Program-made: the position numbers and the translations under genes
The notes under the pieces: model-generated
Database searches by the model: none
Told to the model about the DNA's origin: nothing
What the model saw: the letters and a program-made list of their open reading frames with translations, nothing else
Shown here: piece after piece, positions 10,809-24,704 of the stretch
Numbering within the stretch: the stretch's first letter is position 1
Layout of the letters: each line of letters opens with the position of its first letter
Assembly (NCBI GenBank): GCA_047495785.1
Contig: JBLDXI010000054.1
Location: 2,418,001 to 2,482,000, forward strand
DNA length: 64,000 nt
Direction of reading: 5' to 3'
From: Lepidodermella squamata
Lineage: Eukaryota > Animalia > Gastrotricha

Positions 10809-13800
10809 ATGGCCGATAAGGTGAAGAAATTGCAAGATATTGCGAATAACATTCGCATCCACGGCATTCGCTGTACAACAGCTGCCGGCTCTGGCCACCC
10901 TACGTCGTCGGCCTCAATCGCCGAAATTCTGTCCGTCCTTTTCTTCGACGCGATGGTCTACAACAAGAAATCGATTCGTGACGGCGAATCGGACCGTTTC
11001 ATCCTGTCCAAGGGCCACGCTTGCCCCGCCTTGTACGGCGCCTGGGTTGAAGCCGGGTTCTACAAGGAGTCGGATTTGGACCAGGTGCGAAGCGCGACTT
11101 CGGATCTCGAGGGCCACCCGACGCCGCGTCTGCCTGAAATTGATGTAGCCACTGGTTCTCTCGGCCAGGGGCTGTCTGTCGCGGCTGGTATGGCGTATGT
11201 CGGCAAGTACGTGGACAAAGCGCCTTACAAGGTATTTACAGAAATTTCAAGTACTTATATCTATATTTAATTTAGTTTGATATTTTGTCATACTTGACTA
11301 AAATTCAGAAAATTTTTCTAAAATAAAAATGTATTCACTTGAAAATGATATATGATGCAGTCTTTTCCGAGCCCGTGACTACCGATCTGTGAAATGATTC
11401 AACTTCTCAAACCCAATAGAAGATTACGCATAAGGAGCATTTGGATTATTGACAATACAATGTCAAAAGGCTATTCGACTTTGCGGACAGTTTTAGCTAG
11501 TTTGATCTTCTTAGTAGCACCTTGTTTCCTTGTTCTTTTTACGTGCGGTAAATGGCCGAGTAAACTAACATTCGATTGATCTGAAATTCGCGCTACTACA
11601 GTAGTTATAATTTCGATAGCATCTGCGTGGAGATATCCCAATTTGTTGATGACTTCGCTAACTTCTCCCTGATCAAGCAAACGAGTAATAAATGTTGAAA
11701 ACTTATTCTGATAATGTCTGAATAGTCTGAATAATGTATATTGCAAAGGACAAGATGAATCGCTGATAGAATATGGAAACGATTTTTCCCCGTAACGTAG
11801 TAAAGTCAGATCTTGTCGCTATTTCTGCAACTTCCATGCAATGAGTATCTACAACATCCGCGTCAACACGTTAGAAATGCGACCAAAAAACTGGCCGTTG
11901 AACAAACGGTAGATAAGCCGGCTGCAATCCACAACCTCTATTGGAAGTAGGATTCCTGAGAACGCTAGGCAGAAGGGCACTGAATGAGTCCAGAGCGAAG
12001 GACGACGGAGACGCGTAAAAATCGGGCCAATCGGCTCGTAATGATCGGCGAGAGCCCAAACGCCGGTTCCGTTCAGTTGATTCTCCCACAAATTCAAGGT
12101 AATCGCTTCGGCCAATCCTTGAACACTCAGCTTTCTTAATAACTAAAAACTACCGGAAAGAATTCTATACTAGAAATGTACATGAGTAGACCGGTGAAAA
12201 ACGGTATTTATATAGCAAAACGGTTTATGAATGTTCTAATCATAGCTAGCGTTTGGATATTTTTAAGTGACCAGAAAGCTTGCCGCGTACTCGAGTACAT
12301 TAGTAGTTTGTCAAATTTGTCTTCAGAGTAAACAGGATTTTGATAGAGCGATTTTAGAGAAAAGGCCGTCGACAATTTGTCATTTTCGACCCATTTCTCG
12401 TACCATCTCTCAATTTTTGGTACAACTCAACTGTTACGAGGCCAACCGGGCGGCCTCCTTTTGAGGCGCGACTATTGCGGGGCGAGTCGAGGCATTGTTG
12501 TCGTTGTCGATGCTACATGCAACCGCTAGGCTCGAATTCAGCCGTGTGCTTGATCGTAGGATGCGCGTGTTCGGGCGCAGCAGGGTTTGACTGTGTGCTA
12601 TAACCGGCGGAAACGATGAGCTGAAAGAAACTCTTTGTCACAATGTACGTGCAACATTTTGTTGCATTTCTTGCACTTGTGCCGACAGTTTTTCTTGCAT
12701 AGTGCACAGCGGTTCTGATTCGCAGAAACCAACTTATATTTTCAAGTTTGCGACAACTCGCAAAAATTGATTACTTTGAAATAATTAAATTAATTATCAT
12801 TTATCTGATTACACTTTTTCCGGAAAATTTTTGCCGCGGCTCAGTAATAATTTGCCGCTCAAAGTTCAAACATTTTTTCTCCATGAACGATTTGAAACCC
12901 TTCGCATCCAGCGCCTTCTCTTGAATTTCGTAGCTCACGAGCCCTGACGATGGCTTAACAGCAACAACAACAACGGTAAAATGATGACCCGGACTGGTGG
13001 TCGGCATCTGCTGGATTGCCCGCTTCCCCCTCCTCGCCCGGCCAAAAGCTCGCCTCGTCCATAACTGAGCCGAGTACATATTACTGAGCCGCGGAAATTT
13101 TTTTCCGGATAAGGTGTATCCAACTCAGCCAAGTTAACGACAACTCCGCAACTGAACTAAATTAATTCAGATTTAATAAAGGATTAGATTTGTAGCTGGA
13201 TCTGTAGTCTAAAACCACTTCTTCAGAATCGTGTCTGGTCTGTGCTTGCTGAGCTTGTTCATAGTCCTTCTTCATCTGCTTCGTTGGGACAACCTGGTTC
13301 TCCAAGGTCGTCCACATCCCAGTTCACCGCGTGCCAAATTACAAATTAATATAAACAAATTAATTAAGAAAATATCAAAATAATTTTTTAAATAATTATT
13401 AAATATGATATATTATTTTGGGTACATAATTTAAAAAATACGAACTTTTTTTGTGTGCATTTGAGAATTTTTAAGGACTAAAAATTAATCAATTTAAAAA
13501 ATTAATCAATTTAAAAAATTAATTTTGAGAATTTTTGAGAATTTTAAATAAAATATTAAAATTATGTAGAATAATTATTTTTAAATAATTACTAAATATA
13601 TGATTTTTAGGTTTACTGCCTGCTTGGCGATGGCGAGTCGCAAGAAGGCTCCAACTGGGAGGCGCTCTCCTTCGGCAGTTTCTACAAACTCGACAATTTG
13701 GTGCCCATTTTCGACGTGAACCGCCTCGGCCAGTCGGACCCGACCATGTTCCAGCACGACATGGACGCGTACAAGGCCCGCGTCGAGTCGTTCGGCTGGA

Positions 13801-15515
13801 AGGCGCTCGTCGTCGACGGCCACGACGTGCCCGCCCTCGTCGCCGCCCTCAACCAGGCGAAGACCTCGGGCGTGCCCACCGCCATCCTCGCCCGCACCTT
13901 CAAGGGCAAGGGCATCCCTGAGGTCGAAGATTTACTCAACTGGCACGGAAAGCCACTGCCAAAGGACAAAGCAGCGGCTGCGATTGAGACGATCCGAAGC
14001 CGGTTGTCCTCCCCGGACGCCGCGAAGGCAGCCAACCACGGCCTGGAACCAGCCGCGCCCTCCTGGAAGGTCGACCCGGCCGTCGACTACGCCCACCTTA
14101 AACTATCCGAACCACCCAGCTACAAAATAGGCGATAAAGTCGCGAGCCGTAACGCGTACGGAACCGCCTTAATCAAACTAGGCACCTCGAGCAAACGCGT
14201 TATGGTGTTCGACGCTGAGGTGAAAAATTCGACGATGACGCTCGGGTTCAAGAACAAGTTCCCGGAGCAGTTTGTCGAGTGTTTCATCGCCGAGCAGAAT
14301 TTGGTCGGGGCGGCGACGGGGGCGGCGTGCCGCGACCGCGCTGTTGTCTTCGCGAGCACCTTCGCCGCGTTCTTCTCCCGCGCCTACGACCAGTTGCGCA
14401 TGGGCTGCATCTCGCAGACGAATTTGAACGTCTGCGGGTCGCATGCCGGTGTTTCGATCGGGGCGGATGGTCCGAGCCAAATGGCCCTGGAAGATATCGC
14501 CATGTTCCGCGCCCTGCCGACCTGCACTGTTTTCTACCCGTCCGACGCTGTTTCTACCGAACGAGCGGTTGAACTGGCCGCCCAGACTAAGGGCTTGACT
14601 TTCATCCGAACCACCCGAGGCGCCACCCCGGTTATTTACAAGAATGATGAGCCGTTCCATGTTGGCCAGGCGAAGGTTGTTCGCGAGGGTAAGTCGCCCA
14701 AGGCGGTGATTATTGGGTCTGGTATCACGTTGGCTGAGGCGGTTGTTGCGGCGAATCACTTGGCGGCGAAGGGCGTTGAGACGACGGTGATTGATCCGTT
14801 TACGATCAAGCCCATTGATTCGAAGACGATTGGCGCGGCTGTTACGGCGGCTGGCGGTAACTTGGTTGTTGTTGAAGACCACTACGCTCAGGGTATGCAA
14901 TTTATTCAAACATAAATTTATTTATGTTAAAAATCAATTTTTGAAAAATTTATTTGAAATTTCAAAATTCAAGATTAATATATTTTAGTATATATTCTAA
15001 AATGTAAGCACTTCGAACAAATGGAGTAGCGAGACTGAACAGATTTTTATAAATAAACTGGAAACTATTTTAGCGTGAAATTCAGAATTCGAGAGTTTTA
15101 CGGCGAAATGTAGTGCCAAGACGTTCAAATTAGTCATAGCACCTCAATTGTAACGGTGCAATTATTTTGAACTTTTATTTTTTGACAATTCGATTTTTAT
15201 AACTGGAAAAATCGATGAAATTAATTGAATCAAAACTCATTTAAAATATTAGGGTGGACAATTTAAAAAACAATTTTCAGAAAGTTTTCTTGATTATTCC
15301 AATTTTTTCAAATTGGTCTGTAATATTTGCTGTAATTCATTTCAGGTGGCATCGGCGAGGCTGTGGTGACTGCGCTTGTCCACGACGGCGTCCACATCAA
15401 GAAATTCAAGCACCTGGCCATCCAGGCCGTGCCGCGCTCCGCACCCGACGAAGAGGTGCTCGCTCTCTTCGGCATCGACCACGCCGCGATTGCCGCCGCT
15501 GTCACTGTCCTGTAA
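10809..15515 (+). CDS. TKT: Transketolase, paralog 2; exons 10809-11231, 13611-14892, 15346-15515
   Basis: Same motifs and the same two intron positions as paralog 1; 2.4-kb first intron. Confidence 0.95.
12812..13116 (-). mobile_element. Internally deleted Tc1/mariner-IS630-like element with a transposase remnant
   Basis: ~38-bp TIRs (cactttttccggaaaa..ccgcggctcagtaata) flanked by TA on both sides. The internal minus-strand peptide TRRAFGRARRGKRA...FTVVVVAV...GLVSYEIQEKALDAKGFKSFME resembles the DDE_3 transposase core. Confidence 0.8.
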
Positions 15516-16051
15516 AAAATCGAAACTTCGATTAATAATATTCCACCTTCAAAAATAACAGCATTTGAAAAACTGATATGATACGAAACCTGTGCGTTGA
15601 ACAATAATCATTCAATTCTTGTGAGCTTTTATTGTCGATTGTAGTCTCATATTTCACAGATTATTCAACGAATTCTATTGGTATAACATTTCAATCACCG
15701 GAATAAAACAATTAACATTGCTTTGGCTTGATATAAATTGGTGTTGTTTTTACGGAATATCTTTCAGTGGAACCAAATTTAAGGTGAGCGGAACGGAACC
15801 AAGCTCAAAATGTGCCGAGTCATTTTTTGAATAATTTCATGAATTTTAGGCGATTTATGAAGTCTGAATTGAACACTCTGTCTAATAGAGAATGTTACGC
15901 TGAATTTACTGGTGATTTTTTTAGAACCATTGTGGTCAATCTTGACTCGCAAAAAATATCCGAAAAAGTGATTTCAGGCCACAAGAAAATTCCAAAAATT
16001 GGTTCCGCTCAACGTAAATTTGGTTCCGGTAAAAGGAGGACCCGTTTTGTT

Positions 16052-17824
16052 TTACAATTTCCCGCCTCTTCGTTTCAGCAATTCAACAGTTTTTTCTTTC
16101 TGAGCCTCCGGAACCAGAAGATAGGGCCCTTCGTAAGCCAAAGCTAGAGCTGTGTTTTGCTTGTTATTCCTCGCATTTACATTAGCCCCAGTTGTTAGCA
16201 AATATTGAACAACATGCGCATGCCCCATGAATGCCGCGAACATGAGCGCCGTCCAGCCGTACAGGGCGTCGCGTTCTTCAAGATCGGCGCCGTATTCGCC
16301 GACCAGTTTGCGGACAATGGCGAGGTGGCCCTTTTCAGAGGCTACAATCAGGGCGGTGCAGCCGTCCTTACCCTGCCGGTTGACGTCGACCGATAGGGTG
16401 TTCATTACCCGGTCTACAGCTTCAGCATCACCTTTCCTAGCAGCAGCGATTAATTTCTAAAATTGATAGAAAAAAATAAAAAATTGTCCGAAACTGGGTC
16501 AACTTTTTTAATGAATTTTACCTCTTGGCTATCACGGTTCAAGCTCTTTTGAGGCAGCTCTGGAGTGCCGCCCGCTAGATTGTCCGGTGTTGGGCTGAGT
16601 TCCGGCTCTGGTTCCAGGCCCAATAACTCGTAAATCTGTTGGAAAAATATTTTAAAAAATTCCGAAAATTTCCGCTCCTTACCTGCTGTTTGACCGTGCT
16701 GATTGCGTTATGCGCTTTCTGAAAATATTTTTCAAAATTAGGAAAATTCACGTGATTTCAGCAAAAATCAAAGGACGGCTATAATTGCGGTTCCAGCTAA
16801 AATTCAACCATCTGCGAACTTCATTTTCCCATTCTTAGTGATTTTGGCGATTTTTTTTCCACATTGACAATCTCAAAATCTAATCGCCAAATTACCTCCA
16901 TAACCCTGGGATTATAACCCCGGCTACAATTTAGCCTCAAAGTCAGTGTTGGAAACCAAAATCTAGGGTGCTCCACTTGGCACAACCAAAATTAACCTCA
17001 ATTTTTTGTTCCAGTTTGTTGATCTCGCGCTCTTCGATGAGCTGCGACAACCGGCTTGGCGATCGACCATTGCTCGATCTGGCATCGTCCATTTGCGCTG
17101 CGGCCTGCTCGAGTTGAGCTTTCAACATTTCAACAGTGTCTTGGGCATTCTGTTTTTTCGGTATATAATTCGGAATTAAAACCCGCAAAACTACCGCATG
17201 ATTACTTGAAGGCTCAGCGCCAAGTCGCCATTTCCGTTATCTTCGATCTGGTCATCACCGTAATCTTGACCATCAACCTGTTGCTGTTGTTGGTTGTAAG
17301 GATCGGTATTTTGATAATAATTTTGATCATTTTCTTGTCGATATTGACTGGCCCGGCTTTGAGGCTGCGAGTTCGATGGGACTGGTGTCTGATTAAGACT
17401 CGGCGATAATTGCGGCTTGATTTGATCTAAAAGAGCTCGAAACAATCGCTGAGCATTCTGTTTGTAATTTTTCATAAATATTGAATTTTTTCGAATATTT
17501 CAATCTTACGGCTAGTTTTTGCTCCAGAACTTCAATCCTTGGATGCAGGTTCATTTTAGCCATGTGAAAATTCAACTTTTTTATCTCGGCTAGTTTCTCT
17601 TCGTTCTAGAAATCGAATAAATAATATTTTAAATACTTTTTTTTTAATATTCAGACCTCTTGCTTCAGCCGTTTTATTTGCATCATCAAGTCGAGATCCG
17701 AGACATTTTCTAGCTGATCCTGGTTCGTTCGAATGCTGCCAGATTGCGGCTGGTCGAATCCAGCATTTCGAGCCGGAGACACAGCATCGGACTGCCCTGA
17801 AATACTGGCTGGTCGGGACGCCAT
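16052..17824 (-). CDS. Coiled-coil / Q-rich protein with C-terminal ankyrin repeats (7 exons)
   Basis: ATG at 17824 (MASRPASISG). Exons 17824-17657, 17605-17510, 17457-17206, 17149-16997, 16718-16683, 16635-16522, 16456-16052 splice in frame. Ankyrin motifs GCTALIVA, GWTALMFA, NTALALA. Confidence 0.8.
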
Positions 17825-18666
17825 GTGGCAAAAGATTCCTAAGTAAAATTAGTCGAAAAACTATGCTGCGTACTGCGTAGGGCCGAACAAAAAACTGGGG
17901 GCTATTCATATTCTCCAAAAAAACCACTATCGCCATTGAATCGCCTTTCAGCTTATTCGTAAAGAGACCTACCTAAAAGGTGCGCGAGATTGAGACAAAT
18001 GACACAACGCATGCTAAGAAAATTTAAAATAATCCAATCTGTTTTTTTCTGAAAATAGACACAGCTGATGCGATTCGACAATTACACAAGGCCCCGTTTT
18101 TATTTGAAATGTGCATTTTTTGCAATTTTTCCTGGCGCCCGTCTAAAGTTGGCTGGATTTTTTCACTGCTCAATGTCAGATTTATTGGAAATTTATATTA
18201 AATTTTCTACATTCCTAAAGCACCTCAACATAATTTTGGCCAGTATTAAAGTTTTCCTGTGTTGTGTGCAAAAAAACTCCAGAGTCCTAATTCCGGCCGC
18301 CCGACCGAAATTAGGTCGCTGCGGCCGAATCTAGGAAGTGGCTGAAGTTAGGGCGGGGTTCTCTATTTTTTTTCAAATCAACAAGAGTCGGAAAACAATC
18401 CGCTTTGCTGCCATAACACAGGAAAAAAACACCGAAAAAACAACCGTCGAATCACGTGATGGTCGCGCTAAAAATTAAGCTGGGCGTTTAAATTATACAC
18501 AGCAATTTTTTTCCAAAAAAACAACTCGTTGAAAAAATGTTGGCAACACTCGTGCTGTATTTTCCTAACCGCAACCGAGCTCATTTTATACCTTGTTTAT
18601 GACTTTGATTTTCAGCCTTTTAACCACTGAATTTGAACTTTTTATACATGCTACCAGCCTGTCCAA

Positions 18667-19845
18667 ATGTCGGCCAAGCTTTTCATTCACCGGTCATGCT
18701 GTGTCTTCGGCTACTCGACGCCAATTCTGCGAAGGGTGTCACTTAGCAGCCAGAGATATTCACTTCAAAACATGCCTGAAAACAACGGCAATATTTCCGA
18801 TTTCGGCCGATCAAACGCGCTAATTGAGCATCGAAATCCGGAAAATTGGCTCATGAAGTTGGATCAAACGGCGGCGAAACGGGACTCGATTTCGCCATTC
18901 ATTCAATCGACAGTTATTGGCAACCCTGTTGAATGGTCGATCCGCCTAACGGAACCACCCGGGTACCAACATGGAACCGACCTAGTTTCAACTTTCGCCG
19001 CTTTTAAAACTGCGATTCGAAAGATCAAATTCGTTTTTCAAGTCCATGAGAATGAAATGTTTGAATTCCTTCGCAACATTCCAGGCTCTCTCGAATTGTT
19101 GCCGAATTTATCGAAAATTCTGAAAGTTCGAGACGGCGGTTTCATCGGCCATGCAAATTCATCGCAGAATATCGGAACCTTCCGCCAATCGCCATTCTGC
19201 AACGCAATTTTCCAGCCAAGCGATGCAATTTCGGCTGAAAGGGCGTTGGAACAAGCGGCGAGATACGTCCCGAAAGGCAAAATGTCCGTAATTAGGACAT
19301 CGAATTCTCGCAATGACTTGATGTATTCATCAAACGACGAATTTTCGATTGGGCGGGCGAAAATTTTGCGGAGACCGCCGCCAAATGAGGCGTCGCACTG
19401 TTTAGTTGTGGCCTGCGGTCGGGTTGTAGGCGAGGCGATTAAGGCGGCTGATTATTTAGCCGATGATCATGGCATTCAAATCACCGTCATCGACCCTTTT
19501 ACGGCAAAACCGATCGATGTGAAAACTATTAGCGATGTGATCAGTCAAAATGGCGGAAAATTGGTTATTGCCGAAGAAGACTGTTCGGAAGGTGATAAAA
19601 ATTCATAAAAAAAATATTTTAAATTTTAATAATTCTAATTAGGTGGATTTGGCGAGGGTTTATTGTCCTGTTTATTGTTGGAAAATTTCCCGCCTACGAG
19701 ACTTGAGTGTGTTAGACACCTTGCGGAATCCTATGTTGACTTCAAAGCTGTTGTTTCTGCTGTCCGGTTGGTTTGCGATCGAGTTCGGCAATATCCTGGC
19801 GATGATTCAGAAATTCGGTCACGCAAATTATCTAAGATGAAATGA
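18667..19845 (+). CDS. Divergent truncated transketolase-like protein (C-terminal half only); exons 18667-19591, 19643-19845
   Basis: [33 protein letters not shown], and an EG|GFGE intron at the same position as in TKT1/2; no TPP-binding N-terminal domain. Confidence 0.7.
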
Positions 19846-22800
19846 AAAAAACTGTGACATTTTTGCTAATTTTGGAATTTTATAAAAAATGGTGTATTAT
19901 GCAAATTAGATGCAAATTATGAAGACATTATCCAGATATTATTTCAGAATTATATCATTTCAATGTTTTTCCTATTTATCTACTTTCTTAATTGATTTTG
20001 TAAATAAATCTGTAAATTTTAAAAGTTGAAAGAACTTACCCAAATGGCACGTTTGGCGAGGTGAAATTGGACCATTTGGCGGAAATGTGTAATTAACAAC
20101 CTCTGATTGTTTACCTATTACGCCGTTCTCGAATTTACTTCCACTCAAATTGGATCATTTCTTTCATTTTGTTAACGCTAAATTTCATAAATTAAGCAAG
20201 CTATTCTGGCAGCCGTAAATGACGATTTTGAGGCTTAGAATTAGCCTCGCATTCGCAGCGATTGTCCTTCAATCAATCACTTCTTACGCCACTTTGTACC
20301 CGATATACGATCCAGGTTTCAAAATCGACGACGAAAGTCCCTCAACGAAAGTCGAACTCACCGGCTCTTACGAAAAATTGATCCGCTCTGACGATGTGGC
20401 TAAACTTCGATCGATTGCGAACAGAGATTTCGGCGATAAAACCCAGCTTAAAAATCTGAAAAAATCCGATACTGGCGATACAGCCCTGCATCTAGCGGCG
20501 TCATTTGGATCTGTTAAAATCGCTGAATTTCTCATCAAAGAAGTTGGCTCCGACATCACGGCTAGGAATGATATGGAAGAACTCCCGATTCATTTTGCGT
20601 GTTCAAATGGTCAGCTCAAAATCGTCGAACTTCTCATCGAAAAAGCTGGCATTTTGAACTTGCCAACAAATGAAATGATCGATGCGCCGCAGATCGATGG
20701 CCAGACTCCGTTGTTCTACGCTGCGAAATCGCGAACTGGAAATTCTCGTAAAATAGTTGAGCTCCTGGTTCAGAAGAAGGCAAATAAAACTCACCTGGAT
20801 TCAAACGGAGATTTCCCCCTTAAAATCGCGGTCGATAACAAGAATGAAGCGTTATACGCGATTCTAAGTGAAGAAGCAACTGAAGATCGAGCTGCGAAGA
20901 ATTACGTGACAACGTCTCATCTATTAGCCGCTGGTAATAAATTGGAAATTTTCGATAATCCTTCATTTCAATTCGATCCAAATGCTGAAGACGATAAACG
21001 CGATGTGCCGCTGTGCTACGCTATTCGTGGTGGGTTTGTTCAATTTATCGAGAAGACACTGAAAAAATTCCCGGATATCGACCTGAAATCAGTCAAATGT
21101 CAATATTTGAAGAAAGACCGCGGTGAAGGTGGCGAAATTTCGAAAGGCTCAGGCAGTCCGTTGCATTTAGCTGCTTTTCTACGACAGAGCCCATTGATCA
21201 CATATTTTCTTCAGTCGAAAATGGACGTTGACATAACGGATTCTTCTGGTTGGAATGCAATTCACGCTATGGCCTTAGTTCCTGATAAAGAGTTGCGAAG
21301 CCATGCAGGGGCGCTGAAGTTCATTTTGAATCAATTTTCGAAAAAATCAGCCGAGATGTTTGAAGGCAAGGACAAACTAGGCCGGACTCCGTTTCTTCTC
21401 GCTGTGTCGGAAGATTCGGTTATTCTAGCTAATATTCAAATTCAGGATCCGTACAAGGTCAACGCTGAAGCGCTTGATAATTGTGGATATTCAGCCTATC
21501 ATCTCGCTAAATCGTTGGCCATGGTCAAAAAGCTGGAAAATAGCCTCAGCAATGGTCAAGATTCGCCAGCTCTTGGAGAATGTGGCAAGCCGAAAGGCAT
21601 GACACCACTTCTAGTCGCTATTGAAGAAAACAAGCTGTTCGAGCTGATTCAATACTTCGCGAAAGGTGAGGCGTTGTTCGCCGTTAACGAGTTGGGCCAA
21701 TCCGCAGCTCACTTCGCGGTAATTTCGGGTAATTCGCGGTTCATCACTGAGTTCGGCAAGTCTTTTGATGTTGACATGCATGACTCATCTAGCAATACTC
21801 CGATTTTATTGGCGATTAATTACGGTAAAGTCGATTTGGTTGAAGCTCTTCTTGAAGCCAGTCCCCAGCTTAGTACTTCAACTAACAATATTACCGGCGA
21901 TTCGACTCTTCACATCACAGTTAGAGCTGGGAATTTACAGATTTGCGAGAAGATTTTGGCAGCTGATAGTTCGGCTTCCAAATTGTTTCTGAGCAAGAAC
22001 CAGGCGAAAGAAAGTCCATTTTCTATGGCGGTGACTATGGGAAAGCTCGATTTTGTTCGGAAAATGTTGGAAAATGGCAATATTCCAGCCGATCTGGTTC
22101 TTGAAGCAGATGAATCTGGCCAATCGATGTTGCATCGATCTTTCAGTTGCTCTCAGCATTTCCCTGGACTTCTCGAACTGCTTCTAGATCGGATGAATCC
22201 AGATCAGCTTGGTACAGCTTTGAATATGAAATCAACTTCTGGAAAGAACTTGTTCTGGTTGGCTGTTGAGCAGCGCTGTTCGGCTGTTCTCGAATTGCTG
22301 CTACGAAAGTACAACTGCCCGTGTGAGAAGAATGCGGATGGAGAGGCCGCGATGAAATGGGCCGGCAAGGGCGATTTCGGGACTATCTCTGAGGTTTTCG
22401 CCAAGTTCAGCCAGTGCAAAGATGAAGAAGATGTAGATCTTTCCGCATGCGAAACTACGGCAAATAATCGCAAAGGTAAGACTGCCGAGTTATTTTAATT
22501 CAAGACGGGTCGAGTTGAAATGAGAAAATGTAGCTTCTGATAGTCCAGTTCTTCTAAAAGTTCCTCAAGAAAGTTCCAGTTCTGTTAGATCTTATAAAAC
22601 GAACATAGCTCAGCCCAAGCGTTGCAAATTTTATATGAATAACATTAACCCCATTTTATTTTTGAAGCTCCAACGACAAGGCCAACTCGAATTCTGAATG
22701 GAAAAATCGTCTACAAGCAGGCGGATTGTATCGGGAACATTCTCTGCAACGACGGATTTTCTCTTGTGGGATCAAGCGAAGTTCGCTTTATCGCTGAACA

Positions 22801-24704
22801 CAACACTTGAGCAACAGCCGGTCACTGTTCCCAAAGTGAGTTGATTTGACTTAATTCCCATGCCAAATTTAATAATTTCTTAATTGTGTTAGATTGCCCT
22901 AGCAATTACCCGGCAGTATCCTCAGCAACGGCAAGCAATGCTCCGGAGCCTCCGTTTCCACATGGCACGGTGATCAACTTCGAATGTTGGTCAGATACTA
23001 CATTGGACGGCCCGAATTCTATCACCTGCATGGATGGCGGCGTTTGGTCCCAACCTGGCCAATGCACTATGCAAAGTAAGGACTTCCCGAATCAAAAATT
23101 ATTCTTCACCAAATTGTGTTGTGTAGGAGGCTGTGGACCGGTGCCCGTTGTCGAAAACGGTCTCCTCTCGAAGCCAACTGGCAATGAAGTTGGGGATAAC
23201 TACGCTGTCGGGTCAAAGTTACCGATCACTTGCTCGAAAGGATTCAACATTAAGGGCGCGGATTTCATTTCGTGCTTGGCGGACTATTCCTGGTCAAAGC
23301 CTGGCGTGTGTGAAGCTGAAACAACCGCACCAGCAAATCTGGTTTCAGTGGCAACGATTGAGAAAGGCTCCTGTGCAGTGCCTTCGATCACGAACGGTAG
23401 TGTGATAGATGCGTTTGGCAAGGTTCTCGAAGCTTCGACGCAAGCTGATTCCGGCGTCATCGCTCATCTCCGCTGCAATCGAGGGTTCGAAGTCGCTAAG
23501 GGCTCAGTGCTTTCATTTTGCGGTGCCAACTCATCTTGGGTCCCTGATTTCGGAGTTTGCCAGTTGAAAGTAAGGTTTCCATATTTTGAGTTTTCAGTTT
23601 TTGAAAAATTTATCTCTAGGACTTACTACAAGAGCAGCAACTTTTGATAAATGCATCCATGAATGGGGACACGGAGCTTGTTAAGCAATTACTGGATCTG
23701 AAGTATCTTGACGTCAACTGGCGGGATTCGCGGAACCTCACGCAATGGCCTGTTGTCAATTGAACGGCTTTGCACATGGCTCTGGTCTCAGCTGCTCCCA
23801 AGGAGCTGATTAGAATGCTCGTGAGCGAAGGATGTGCCGATGTTAATCTCGCCGAGAGCAACGTCGGGTCTCGACCCCTTGATATGGCGGCGATCAACGC
23901 GGAATTGGAAATTGTCAAACTCTTGCTTGACAAGGGCGCCGTTCTTGACGCTGAAGACGATACAGGCAATACAGCGCTAATGTGGGCGTCATATGAAGGA
24001 AGATTAGACATTGTCAGACTACTTCTCGATCGAAAGGCTGACGTTAACCACAAATCGCATCAGAATTCAACTGCTATTGGAATGGCCACCAGAAACCGGC
24101 ATTTTGAAGTCACAATGTTTTTATTCAATCGCGGGGCAGATTTGTTTGACGTTACCGACGAAATGTGCCAGGCTGAAGACGATCAAAAACTGGACATGAA
24201 ACTCGCTGACCGTGAGGCTTTGTCAAAGCTTTGTGAAGAACTTCGAAAGCGTAAAGTGGAGGGGATGGCAATACGCCGTTGATGGAAGCCGCTCGTAAAA
24301 ACAAGCTGGCAATGGTTAGATTCTTGCTGAAGGAAGGGGCGAATAGAACCTTGGAAAACAAGCAAGGTCAAACAGCGACAGATATTGCTAAAAACCGCAA
24401 TCTTGCTCAAATTGCTCAAATTCTGGAGGAATATCAGAAGCCAACGCCCGAGGTATAGAATTTTAATCTGATTTGAATATTAAATCTGGTTCAATAAGAT
24501 GGAGGTTATAAACCCTAAGTTAAGGCGTCTTACTTACTGATTTTTTCAGATTTTAGGATTGTTACTGATGTCCGGGCTTTTCATTTAAGCTAAACCTGTA
24601 ACCATCCGCTATTTAGATATATTTTTACTTGTTTATACTCAGTTATAGAAAATTGAGGTTCTGAGGAATACGGGCAACTCGACAGCCAATGTGCTTGACC
24701 CTAA

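Noticed and set aside
7059-14909. Long antisense ORFs over TKT1/TKT2 (and similar ones over ASNS and the sushi gene)
   Set aside because: Shadows of GC-rich codon usage on the coding strand.
22808-23763. Selenocysteine or TGA=Trp recoding in the ankyrin/sushi gene
   Set aside because: TGA is a normal stop in ARIH2, TKT1 and others, Trp is TGG elsewhere, a frameshift co-occurs, and I recognised no SECIS.
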